A stretch of DNA of 64,000 nucleotides from an uncultured Verrucomicrobiae bacterium (GCA_963736745.1 CAVTQD010000026.1:64830-128829); one strand, 5' to 3'. Counted from the stretch's first letter, positions 23,265 through 31,987 are shown. Program-made: numbers and translations. Notes: generated by a model from the letters alone, not told the origin.

Positions 23265-23506
23265 CTGCTGCCGCTGCCGGAGCAACATGGAGCACGACCG
23301 TGCCAAATGCAGCTTGTTCCTATTTGTTCCGAGCCAAGCCTGACTCCTAAAGCGGGGTGGTATTTTCTTATCCACGGGGGTGTGTTGATTCCCTCGTAAT
23401 CCTGCTCTTCCTCGTCGTCCTCGATTTCTTTCACTCTTTGATCACCGATAAAGATCGAGGAACGACCAGAACAGTCGAGAGGGTCCAAAGGCCCCCTCGC
23501 CGCAAC

Positions 23507-23956
23507 TCACGTATCGACGCCAAACGCTTCAGTAGCAATGAGTTGGTAAAAATCCTCGTAATCGGTCCCGGAAAGCTCGTAACCGAGGTCTTGATCTGCA
23601 AACCAGACCTCACGGGAACAGACACCGCTTTCAACAACAAACCCATAGAAGTTGCTCTTCCCGTCATCGACAACGGGAACCCAGCTGACTTTTTCAAAGG
23701 GTTCCTCGCCCTTCCAAAGCGAAAAATCGCTTTCCGGATCCGGTGAAAGCACAGTAATCGTGCCAATGTCTCCGGCTCCGAACCGTTTTAGGAAATTTCG
23801 ATATTCCTCCGGTAAGGTGAATCCGGCCTTCTGCTCGAACTTGGCCAGTTTATCCTCTTTCAGTGGCTTATCTCGAATAAAAAACTCCGAGTCCAGCTGC
23901 TCAGGATCTTCTTCACGAATCTCCTGAATCAAATCATCAAATTCGTCCTGAGTCAT
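23507..23956 (-). CDS. SMI1/KNR4 (SUKH-1) family protein
   Basis: KLAKFEQKAGFTLPEEYRNFLKRFGAGDIG...WVPVVDDGKSNFYGFVV...DYEDFYQLI is the typical SUKH fold signature. Length 149 aa. Confidence 0.75.
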   Translation of the reverse strand: MTQDEFDDLIQEIREEDPEQLDSEFFIRDKPLKEDKLAKFEQKAGFTLPEEYRNFLKRFGAGDIGTITVLSPDPESDFSLWKGEEPFEKVSWVPVVDDGKSNFYGFVVESGVCSREVWFADQDLGYELSGTDYEDFYQLIATEAFGVDT

Positions 23957-24172
23957 ACAGAGTAATCGCTTTCCGAATCGGACACTGCCCTTACTTCAGA
24001 TTCGCGCAAGTTGAGTTTTACCATTTTGTCGTGCCCCAATCCATGTCCGCGAAGCGAAATCGCATTCCCCGCCGGAGAGGGCAAGTGGAATTGACCATCC
24101 TCCCTGGAACAATGCAGTTTCCATTCGCAAATTTTGTTTCAGTGCGTTCAAAAGCGAACGAAACTGGAACGT

Positions 24173-24613
24173 ATGACGCGTGAAGAAGTCACTTCAGCTA
24201 TTCGGGCCGCCAAGGCTGCAAAAAAGTTTACCTGGCAGGAAATCGCAAAGGGGGTTGGGAAATCGCCGGTCTGGACCACCTCCGTGTGTCTTGGGCAAAA
24301 CAGCATGTCAGCCGAACAAGCGGACAAACTCGTCACGTTGCTCGGGTTGCCGACGGAAGCTTCGGTCGTACTTCAGCAATTCCCAACCAAAGGGAATGCT
24401 CTGGACATTCCGAAAGATCCACTGATTTACCGTTTCCACGAGATCAACCTGGTGTACGGACAGACAATCAAGGAGCTAATCCACGAAGAATTCGGCGACG
24501 GCATTATGAGCGCCATCGATTTCACGATGGATATCGAAAAAGTGCATGACCCCAATGGCAACCGGGTAAAAGTCACGATGTGTGGCAAGTTTCTTCCGTA
24601 CAAATCATGGTAA
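24173..24613 (+). CDS. cynS: Cyanase (cyanate hydratase)
   Basis: 146 aa. MTREEVTSAIRAAKAAKKFTWQEIAKGVGKSPVWTTSVCLGQ...IYRFHEINLVYGQTIKELIHEEFGDGIMSAIDFTMDIEKV...RVKVTMCGKFLPYKSW matches CynS end to end. Confidence 0.9.
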   Translation: MTREEVTSAIRAAKAAKKFTWQEIAKGVGKSPVWTTSVCLGQNSMSAEQADKLVTLLGLPTEASVVLQQFPTKGNALDIPKDPLIYRFHEINLVYGQTIKELIHEEFGDGIMSAIDFTMDIEKVHDPNGNRVKVTMCGKFLPYKSW

Positions 24614-24614
24614 A

Positions 24615-24858
24615 CCAGGAGTCAGAAGTTGCAGGAGTTCAGTAGTTGCAGAATGGGATGTGGCGTTCCGGTCCTTCGACTGTGGTTCATCCGCTCCCAA
24701 CTTCTAACGATTTCCGATTTCTCGAAGGACCCTCGGCGCAAACGAAATACGTCCCAATGCTATTTGGGGCCGTCTCGTTCGTGGGTCCGCGGACTTACTG
24801 GCAGGAGTCCTTAAGACAACGCTTGACACGCCAGAAGTTTCCTGACTCCTGAACTCCT
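24615..24858. repeat. Heptad-based inverted-repeat element, copy B (244 bp, MITE-like)
   Basis: The left end is CCAGGAGTCAGAAGTTGCAGGAGTTCAGTAGTTGCAGAATG (24615-24655). The right end is CCAGAAGTTTCCTGACTCCTGAACTCCT (24831-24858). The ends are imperfect inverted copies (AGGAGTCAG / AGGAGTTCAG words). It lies between convergent cynS and the bioB remnant. Confidence 0.55.
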
Positions 24859-25426
24859 ATCCTCAGCGCCCGCGGCAAAAGGAGGTTGCGCGGCGAGATT
24901 AAGAGCGTTCAGCAACTCGCGATCGTCATCGACGCCGGGATTCTCAGCCGTCAGAAGTTTATCTCCGTAAAAGATCGAGTTGGCCCCTGCGAACAAACAG
25001 AGGGCCTGCGCCTCTTTCGAGAGCCGGGTGCGTCCGGCGGACAATCGAACCTTTGACTCGGGCAACGCAATCCGGCTCGTTGCAATCAGACGAACCAGTT
25101 CGAAAATATCGACCGGCAACTGATTTTCGAGAGGGGTGCCTGGCATCGGCATTAAGCAGTTTATCGGTACACTCTCCGGCAGCGGATCAAAATTGGTCAA
25201 GACCTCGAGCATCTTCAGCCGGTCAAGTTCGGTCTCTCCCATTCCGATGATCCCGCCACAGCAGACCGTAGGCACAATCCTCGCTACACCCACCGGTCTT
25301 GATACTCAGCAAGGTACAGAGCTGCACTTCGCTCTTGCTCCACTGCGACGTAAATGTTGAGCGAGCCCGCTCGATCAAATCAAAATAGGGCATGGCGTAG
25401 ATTCGCTGGAGTTCCGAAAGGGTCAT
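24811..25426 (-). pseudogene. bioB: Biotin synthase remnant with an out-of-frame internal deletion of about 125 codons
   Basis: Piece 25223-25426 reads PYFDLIERARS...[20 protein letters not shown], the N-terminus up to the radical-SAM Cys motif. It then jumps directly to [21 protein letters not shown]...[16 protein letters not shown]...[38 protein letters not shown], the C-terminal half, in another frame. The junction is near 25235. The tail runs into repeat copy B. Confidence 0.8.
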
Positions 25427-25534
25427 AGCGGAGAACGCGTAGGCGTAGTCAGGGGGGTAGCGGAATCAGGCAAACTGAAAGCGGTTGGCGACTACCTGTC
25501 TTCGATGACTCTGCTGTTCACCTGTCACCGGTCA

Positions 25535-26239
25535 TCAAAATCCTGTGCTCCATCTTCCTGTGGCAGACACGAGAACAGGTAATTCATTTGTCATATACTG
25601 CGTTTTGCCGACAGCACCGATCATCTTCGCGCCCGTTGCCTGATACCACATCTTCGACATGCTTTCGGCGGTGTAGCATCCCCAGCTCTGTACTGCGGCG
25701 TCACGCGTAAATATCCCGCGATGCAGTTTGTCCTTCAGTTCGTTTTCATGAAGCCAGACCTTTGAGCCGCTGCCTATCTCGTTGCTGTAATCGATCATGA
25801 AGCAGGCTCGATTCGAATGTCCAAAATAATCAAATGAGGCGATCTTGTTGTGGGGCCGATCCGCTCCGTAATTGAGATAGTAGCAGAGCTGCGCAGTGTT
25901 GTTGAAAAAAACCAGGTTGAGTCCGTACTTATCCCGGACCGACTCGATAATGCTGAAAAGATTTTCGTGTTCCTGCTTTTGACGGCGCTCGTAGCCACGC
26001 TGATAAACCAGCCAGGTAATCCGCGCCGACGGGCCAAATTGATTTCGGAGCTGATCGATCCGCAGCCGGCTTGCGCGCACGAAATTCATCCACCAGTTAT
26101 CATGTGGCTGCATCTTGTATTTCTCCCACGCCATCAGTGATGGGGCGCCGGTCAGTACGATATGCTCACCTTTGTCCTGTGCGATCGCGACCGAACCCAG
26201 AATCAGGCTGACCCAAAGCAGTGAAAGCAATCGAGACAT
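25535..26239 (-). CDS. Hypothetical secreted protein, no recognised domain
   Basis: Signal peptide MSRLLSLLWVSLILGSVAIAQD. Intact 234-aa ORF with motifs FDYFGHSNRACF and SWGCYTAES. No family recognised by eye. Confidence 0.55.
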   Translation of the reverse strand: MSRLLSLLWVSLILGSVAIAQDKGEHIVLTGAPSLMAWEKYKMQPHDNWWMNFVRASRLRIDQLRNQFGPSARITWLVYQRGYERRQKQEHENLFSIIESVRDKYGLNLVFFNNTAQLCYYLNYGADRPHNKIASFDYFGHSNRACFMIDYSNEIGSGSKVWLHENELKDKLHRGIFTRDAAVQSWGCYTAESMSKMWYQATGAKMIGAVGKTQYMTNELPVLVSATGRWSTGF

Positions 26240-26393
26240 GGCTGTGCTTTTAGCGCGGGTTTCTGAAAGTTTCCAGTCTTTCCATAAGGACGTTTCCCAA
26301 CGAGACGGGATGCGGTTTGAAACCGCTCATTAAGCTCATTAATATTGTCGAGACCTCCTCCTGCACATTTTACCTGTGCAAAGAAGCAATCTT

Positions 26394-26430
26394 CCGACCC
26401 GCCGACCCTCCGACCCACCGACCCGCCGAC
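26394..26430. repeat. Tandem octamer NCCGACCC x4.6 (G3-N5 x4 on the minus strand)
   Basis: CCGACCC at 26394, 26402, 26410 and 26418, plus CCGAC at 26426. The minus strand reads GGG-N5-GGG-N5-GGG-N5-GGG (26398-26424). It lies just 3' of the hydrolase stop at 26441-26443. Confidence 0.6.
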
Positions 26431-26440
26431 ACGTTTCCCC

Positions 26441-27461
26441 CTACCGCCGGAGGAAGTCCTCAACGGCCTGGTAAAATGCGTCTGGGGCTTCCAGGTGAGG
26501 AATGTGCCCCACATTAGGCAATTCGATAAGTCGCGCGCCCGGAATCGCTTCGGCTAGCCTTTTTAGCAAGCTCGGGGATATTGCCCAGATTTCGCCGCAG
26601 GTCTATCGGCGCACGATCTTTACCCACAGCAGTATGATCTTCCTGGCCAACAATGAGAAGTGTGGGAACCTTGATTTCAGCGAGTTCGTAGCAAACGGGC
26701 TGTTGATAGATCATCAGAGTCGTTAGAGCGGCGCACAGTGCCCAGCGTGGATAGTCGCCGCTCAAACTGACGCGCATACGGGGCTCCACAAACAGTTCCG
26801 CTTTCTCCTTCGGATAGGTCACGAAATAGCTCTGAACATACCTCCGATATTCGTCCAGGCTCAGATTTATCTCCTGTTGATAGAGTTGTTCGAGCGGGGC
26901 GGGCGGCACGCTCAACGCGTAATCTTCCAGGCCAATCGGGTCCTCAAGGACCAACGCTTCCGTGCGTCCTGGATATAATCTGGCAAACCGGATTGCCAGC
27001 ATACCGCCCATCGAGTGCCCAATAATCGTCGCTTTCTGAATCTGAAGCAGGTCGAGCAGGCCGGCCGTGTTCGCGGCTAGAAAATCGAAGCTGTAATGAA
27101 TATCTGCCTTGGACGATTTCCCGAATCCGATCTGGTCAGGGATGATCACGCGGAATCCGCGGTCCGTCAGAAATTTGGCAGTATCCGCCCAGTAAGCCCC
27201 ATAGAAATTCTTCCCATGAAGTAGAACAACCGTCCGCCCGTTCGGGTTTTTCGGCGGTTGGATATCCATAAAGCACATTCGCAGATCTTGACCCTCGGCG
27301 AACAGGTTCAGATAAGCCGTCGGGTATGGATATCTCAGTTCCTCATAACAGGTCCCGAGCGGCTGTTCATATTTGTCGGGCAGCGGCAACGGTTTGTCCT
27401 GGGCCCAAACATTTGCGAGCGTCAATCCGACTGCAGCGAGCGTGGCTAATGTACGGTTCAT
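26441..27461 (-). CDS. Secreted alpha/beta-fold hydrolase; one frameshift near the C-terminus as given
   Basis: Signal peptide MNRTLATLAAVGLTLANVWAQD (ATG 27461, GGAGA upstream). It has VVLLHGKNFYGAYW and the nucleophile elbow IIGHSMGGMLA. The C-terminal AEAIPGARLIELPNVGHIPHLEAPDAFYQAVEDFLRR lies in another frame from about 26560, next to a T5 run. Confidence 0.8.
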
Positions 27462-27507
27462 TCGGTGTCTCCTGGGTGAACTAATACGCGTCATGCCGGC
27501 CCTGAGG

Positions 27508-30500
27508 TCAAGCTCCGCAAGGAACTGAATTCTGGCTAGCCCGGCCATTCACATTTCTGGGGAACTGGACAACTTCGGTCCCGTTTGCCGCTGTTTTCCG
27601 CAAATAAATCGAGTGTTCAATCTTTCCGTCAAAGGCATCGTCGTGTGAAACGAGAATGAGTTGCTCCAGTTCCGCAAATTTTTGCGACTCAAGCAAGGCA
27701 TCCCCGAGTTTATCCCTGCTTTCGGCATCCACCCCGTAAGTGGGCTCATCGAAAATGCAGAATCGTAACCCGCTGAACTCACGGATCATGGCGAGGGTCA
27801 TAGCCAATGCAAGCTTTGTTTGTTCGCCGCCTGAAAGCATTGCAAATCGCCGATCCCCGGGGATGACTCGGAGACTGTAACGCGGCGCGGCTTCCCACCT
27901 CAATTCCACAGGATCATGGTTGATCCGGTTGAATATTCGTTGAGCCTGTGCTGCGACTCGATCGCACAGTTGCTGAGCCACCATGGGCGCCGAATCCCTC
28001 AGAACGACGCGCGCTAATTCCGTTAATTTTATGGCGGCCGCCAATTTTTTGATGATGCAAATGATTTCGTCACGCCTGACGCAGGCTTCCTGCCACTCCC
28101 GAAAACGACGCTCTTCCCGATCAATTTCCAGCCGCGCATTTTCCAGATTCGCCGATTCGGTTGCCACTGCGGCATTCATCCCATCATATTCTCCGCGTAC
28201 GGCGTTCAACGCAGCTTCGTCAAAACATCTGCTAATTTCCGCTAAGGCAGACTCGCAAGCCCTCAACTCCGCAGCTGCGCGCCCCTCCTGTTCTCGGCGA
28301 GCACTCAGTTCTAGTTCGCGGGAGCTTCGTTCGTCGGCCAACGGCTTCGCCCCAAGATACCGCAGGTAGTCGCTCCGGTGCTTCTGTTGCTTGTTTTCCA
28401 GCACCGTGACTTCATCACCCAAGAATCCGATAGCACGGCGGCGTTCATCCAGCTCCGCAATAACTTTTTCCAGCGCCACAGATTCTCTACGATAGGCGGC
28501 GGCAGCTTCGCCATGTTCATGCTCCGCGACTGCGAGTTTCCCAACTTCAGATTCAATCTTCTGAAAGTGGTCTATGCTGTTGGCTTCATCCCGTTGATCC
28601 GAGTTCCTGCGCCCTTCCTCCTCCAGAACAGCATGAATCCGCTTTTGCACCACAACTTCAGTCCTTTCCCACCAGTTCTCCAAATCAAACAAATAGTCGA
28701 TTTTTCGCTGGTAGCTATGCTCAAACGTATCCGCGCCCACAACCTTGGCGTCTGGATTCGCGCAGTTGGGCATGGACTGCATTTGTTCAATCCATTGCCG
28801 CAACCCGTTCACCGCTTCCTCTGTTTTTCCCCAGGCAAGACGCTCAAAAGCAGAAAGAAAATCAACGACCGTCTGTTCAAGCTGACTGCTCTTCCTGGCC
28901 AGATCCTGTTCTTCCTTACGCAGCTTTTCGTGCTCAATTTGCGCGGCACGCACGGCGGTCTCGGCAAATCCTCTCTTCTTCTGCAGGACTTCGATTGTTG
29001 CGCTCTTTTCTTTGAGGTCTCCCTCCACTTTGGAAGGATCGAACTGCCGGCACTGCTCCTTCAGAAAAGGACAAATCCCGCCTCCGATTTCTTGCAGCTG
29101 TTTCAGGAGCGCGGCATGCTCGGCATTCGCCGCCGCGAGTTGTTGACGGACGGTTTGCAACTCCTCGTCCGCGGTCACTTCCTGCCGCTGCGCCCTCTGT
29201 AAGACAGACGAATCACTCACAGCGAGATCCGCCGCCATGCCCTTTAGTTTCTTCAATATTGTCTCCCCATGCACAAGCATGGTACCAAAACTGCCCACGA
29301 AGTGACGGATGTCAGAAAGCGAACGCGTCGCGCGGTTCGCCAGGTTCTTCTGCTTTTCGAATTCCATTTGAGAAACGCACAAACGATTTCGGAGCCCTTT
29401 GATCTGTTCACGGATGTTCACCAGCTCCGTCGCCTTTCCCTTTTTCTGCCGGCAATAAATTTCCATCTGCGAAAGCGCCGCGTCTGCCTTTCCGTCAAAC
29501 TCGATCTTTTTCTTCTCTGCGTGGGCTATTTCCATATCAAGCCGATGCTGTTGCGCCTCTTTTGCTCGAAGAATCTGCAGTTCTTGTTCAGCTTGCCCGA
29601 ATGAGTCGTAGCCTGGGGCGGCCAACTCAACGACGGCGGCGGCTTCCGCTGATTCTCGCATCCGCTGACCGGAGATCTCACATTGCTGCCGGGCTAAAAT
29701 GAAGGCGTTCCGTGCGGCGTCCCTCTTAGTTTCGGCCGCTCTTAGAGAGACCTCCGTCGCCTGGAGCTGTGCCAACCTCTGCGCAACGTCTTCCCGAACA
29801 TTTATTGTCGCCTGCAGTCGCAGCTCAATGTCGCGGTATCGCAGGCGCTTCGCCTCGAGCATGGCAACACTATCGCCGCGCTCTCGAATTCGCTCTTCGA
29901 TGCCTGCTAGGATTTTTTCCTGCTCATGGAGGCGGGCAATGAATTCTTCCACAGCCGGTTTGAGCGATTGAAAACACTCACGAAAGATCGCCACATCCAG
30001 CAGCGGTTCGAAAAAATCCTTGGCCGCACTCGGTCTCGAATCAAATGGCCATGTCAGACGGCCCTGCCGAACGCCAATCAACTTCCAGAAGAGTTCCGAG
30101 AAACGCTTGGGATCCGGCAAATTAAACAATCGACACAGAAATGCAGAAACTTCTCGTTCACCTTCCGCGCAAGTGCTCCCGTCCTCCAGCTGAACAACTT
30201 TTGTTTTGCGCTTATTGTTCGGGCCCAGACCACGTTCAATACGATATAATTCGCCCCGATGACCAAACGTAACATCGATCTCTCCCAGCTTCTTTCCCGC
30301 CCGAAGAAAATACGTTTCCAGCTGAAAGCTCTCTTCAAAAACTGGCTCAGTCAAAAAGAGGGCGTATCCCAGACTTTCGATCAGCGTTGTCTTGCCATGT
30401 CCATTTTTCCCCGCTATGCGGTTCGCTCCAGGTTCAAAATAGATTGTCACCCCTTCCCCATCGAGCCCTTCTCCGTACGACTTGATGTTCTTTAGCCGCA

Positions 30501-30516
30501 TCGACTGGACAATCAT
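27508..30516 (-). CDS. sbcC: SbcC/Rad50-family SMC-like ATPase (DNA repair exonuclease subunit)
   Basis: 1002 aa. N-terminal Walker A IAGKNGHGKTTLIESL, long coiled coil, central Cys pair ICPFLKEQC, C-terminal LSGGEQTKLALAMTLA and FDEPTYGVD. The start overlaps the sbcD stop (ATGA at 30513-30516). Confidence 0.85.
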   Translation of the reverse strand: MIVQSMRLKNIKSYGEGLDGEGVTIYFEPGANRIAGKNGHGKTTLIESLGYALFLTEPVFEESFQLETYFLRAGKKLGEIDVTFGHRGELYRIERGLGPNNKRKTKVVQLEDGSTCAEGEREVSAFLCRLFNLPDPKRFSELFWKLIGVRQGRLTWPFDSRPSAAKDFFEPLLDVAIFRECFQSLKPAVEEFIARLHEQEKILAGIEERIRERGDSVAMLEAKRLRYRDIELRLQATINVREDVAQRLAQLQATEVSLRAAETKRDAARNAFILARQQCEISGQRMRESAEAAAVVELAAPGYDSFGQAEQELQILRAKEAQQHRLDMEIAHAEKKKIEFDGKADAALSQMEIYCRQKKGKATELVNIREQIKGLRNRLCVSQMEFEKQKNLANRATRSLSDIRHFVGSFGTMLVHGETILKKLKGMAADLAVSDSSVLQRAQRQEVTADEELQTVRQQLAAANAEHAALLKQLQEIGGGICPFLKEQCRQFDPSKVEGDLKEKSATIEVLQKKRGFAETAVRAAQIEHEKLRKEEQDLARKSSQLEQTVVDFLSAFERLAWGKTEEAVNGLRQWIEQMQSMPNCANPDAKVVGADTFEHSYQRKIDYLFDLENWWERTEVVVQKRIHAVLEEEGRRNSDQRDEANSIDHFQKIESEVGKLAVAEHEHGEAAAAYRRESVALEKVIAELDERRRAIGFLGDEVTVLENKQQKHRSDYLRYLGAKPLADERSSRELELSARREQEGRAAAELRACESALAEISRCFDEAALNAVRGEYDGMNAAVATESANLENARLEIDREERRFREWQEACVRRDEIICIIKKLAAAIKLTELARVVLRDSAPMVAQQLCDRVAAQAQRIFNRINHDPVELRWEAAPRYSLRVIPGDRRFAMLSGGEQTKLALAMTLAMIREFSGLRFCIFDEPTYGVDAESRDKLGDALLESQKFAELEQLILVSHDDAFDGKIEHSIYLRKTAANGTEVVQFPRNVNGRASQNSVPCGA

Positions 30517-31859
30517 GCCGAGCCCTCCAGAGTCGCTTGGACCGCCTGACTTTCTGGCGCCTGAGAATATGACGTCGCGATAAGCTCCAAGAGAGGGCTC
30601 CGTCCAACTTGTTCCGCCAGCTCGGTTCCGGATTTGTCCTGCCGGACAGCCTCTTTAAGTTCGTAGCAAAATGCGGAAAATTCATCCGCTCGATGCTCCA
30701 TTCCCCAAAGATGTTTTGCAGCTACGACCTCCCGAATCGCAGCTTTCTCCAGCTCTTCCCGTGAAAAACTTTTTGCTTGTTCGCCGGCACGCAATCCTCC
30801 GAGATCCAAACCGCCCAAATCGATCGATACGGCAAGAACCCGGGCCTGAATCTCGATCTCGCTGGCAACCGATGCCTGGTCAAGAGCGATGCGGTTCAGG
30901 TTTAGTCTTCCCGTCAGCCTGAGATCGATCACAGATTCTGGCGTAGCTCCAGCGGCACGAACCAGAGTCAGTGCTGCCTTGATCAGGCCAGCAGCACCGT
31001 CTTTCGTTTTGTTTCCAAAAGGTGAACAATCGAGGGTCAGACGGTGCACCGGGCGGCGTGGATTACTGTGAATCCGAAGCTCGATCGGTTTATGGCGTTG
31101 AGCTGAGTCAATCTCCAGAACCGCATAGCCGCGAGGAACCGTGGCCCCTTGTGAATCCCAGTCATAGCTCGCTTCGCTCACATCACAGTTCTCCAATGAT
31201 CCAGGGTTGCAGGCCCAGTTACCGTGCCGCATGGGACGGTGAATATGGCCAAGCGCGAGATAACATGTTTTCTCGTTGAGCGCCTTCAAATCGGGTGAAG
31301 AAAATCCGCCCCCCTCTCCGACAAAATAATCCGGCCCGGCGTGCAGCATAAGGACGTGGGTTTTGTCATTTTCCAGCCGCGACACGATTTGACGGACCTT
31401 GAACGGTGTTGCGGCTCCAAGATAGCCGGCTCCCACGAAACGAATCCCGCCATAATCGATCCAAGACCCTGCTCTTCGGGCAGGATCCCACGGAGTCAGA
31501 ATCGGTCCACTTGAATCGAAAGTTGTCCGTAGCAGCACCAGAAGATCGTCTTCAGCCAAAAACTGCATCCAGGTGGCCTCTTCAGAATGAATAAAGGTTC
31601 TGTCGTGATTCCCCTCGATTGCGACCACCAGTATTCCGTTCGTATTCAGACGGCCGAGGACCTTTTGTGCCTGGCGCAGATGCGGCGGCTCCACCGTCGG
31701 CCGGTCGAAGAGGTCGCCGGCAATCAGAAAAACGTCCGCCCTCTCTTCAATCGCTTTCTCCGCCACATAACTGAAGGCCGCAGCAAGGTCGGTGTCCGGC
31801 AATCGGCCATCTAAGCGTCGACGACCAAGATGCACGTCGGCAACATGAAACAATTTCAC
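30513..31859 (-). CDS. sbcD: SbcD/Mre11-family nuclease
   Basis: MKLFHVADVHLGRR...FLIAGDLFD...VVAIEGNHD...MLHAG... are calcineurin-like phosphoesterase motifs in Mre11 order. 448 aa. Confidence 0.85.
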   Translation of the reverse strand: MKLFHVADVHLGRRRLDGRLPDTDLAAAFSYVAEKAIEERADVFLIAGDLFDRPTVEPPHLRQAQKVLGRLNTNGILVVAIEGNHDRTFIHSEEATWMQFLAEDDLLVLLRTTFDSSGPILTPWDPARRAGSWIDYGGIRFVGAGYLGAATPFKVRQIVSRLENDKTHVLMLHAGPDYFVGEGGGFSSPDLKALNEKTCYLALGHIHRPMRHGNWACNPGSLENCDVSEASYDWDSQGATVPRGYAVLEIDSAQRHKPIELRIHSNPRRPVHRLTLDCSPFGNKTKDGAAGLIKAALTLVRAAGATPESVIDLRLTGRLNLNRIALDQASVASEIEIQARVLAVSIDLGGLDLGGLRAGEQAKSFSREELEKAAIREVVAAKHLWGMEHRADEFSAFCYELKEAVRQDKSGTELAEQVGRSPLLELIATSYSQAPESQAVQATLEGSA

Positions 31860-31987
31860 GAAGTCAGAAGCCAGAAGTCAGGAGTTGCAGAATGAGACGG
31901 TGCACTAACAGTCGATTCCATACACACATTATTTGTTTCCCGCCCAAAGGTATTTGCCTCCTGAACTCCTGCAACTCCTGGCTCCTG
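31860..31987. repeat. Heptad-based inverted-repeat element, copy C (128 bp)
   Basis: The left end is AGTCAGAAGCCAGAAGTCAGGAGTTGCAGAATGAGA. The right end is CCTCCTGAACTCCTGCAACTCCTGGCTCCTG. CAGGAGTTGCAG is present in both arms in inverted orientation. It shares GTTGCAGAATGRGA with copy B. Confidence 0.55.

Noticed and set aside
23129-23488. 119-aa minus-strand ORF with an acidic run (EIEDDEEEQDYEG)
   Set aside because: It spans repeat copy A and the hairpin-rich region downstream of the SUKH gene. It has no start context and no domain, so it is likely non-coding.
24105-24125. Sigma-54-type promoter (TGGAAC-N5-...) upstream of cynS
   Set aside because: The GG element is present, but the required TTGC at the -12 spacing is not (it reads AGTT).
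27508-31859. SMC-like ATPase plus nuclease as a defence system (Lamassu/Gabija-like)
   Set aside because: The domain content, sizes, gene order and ATGA coupling match ordinary sbcDC (Mre11/Rad50-type repair). No extra effector gene is attached.
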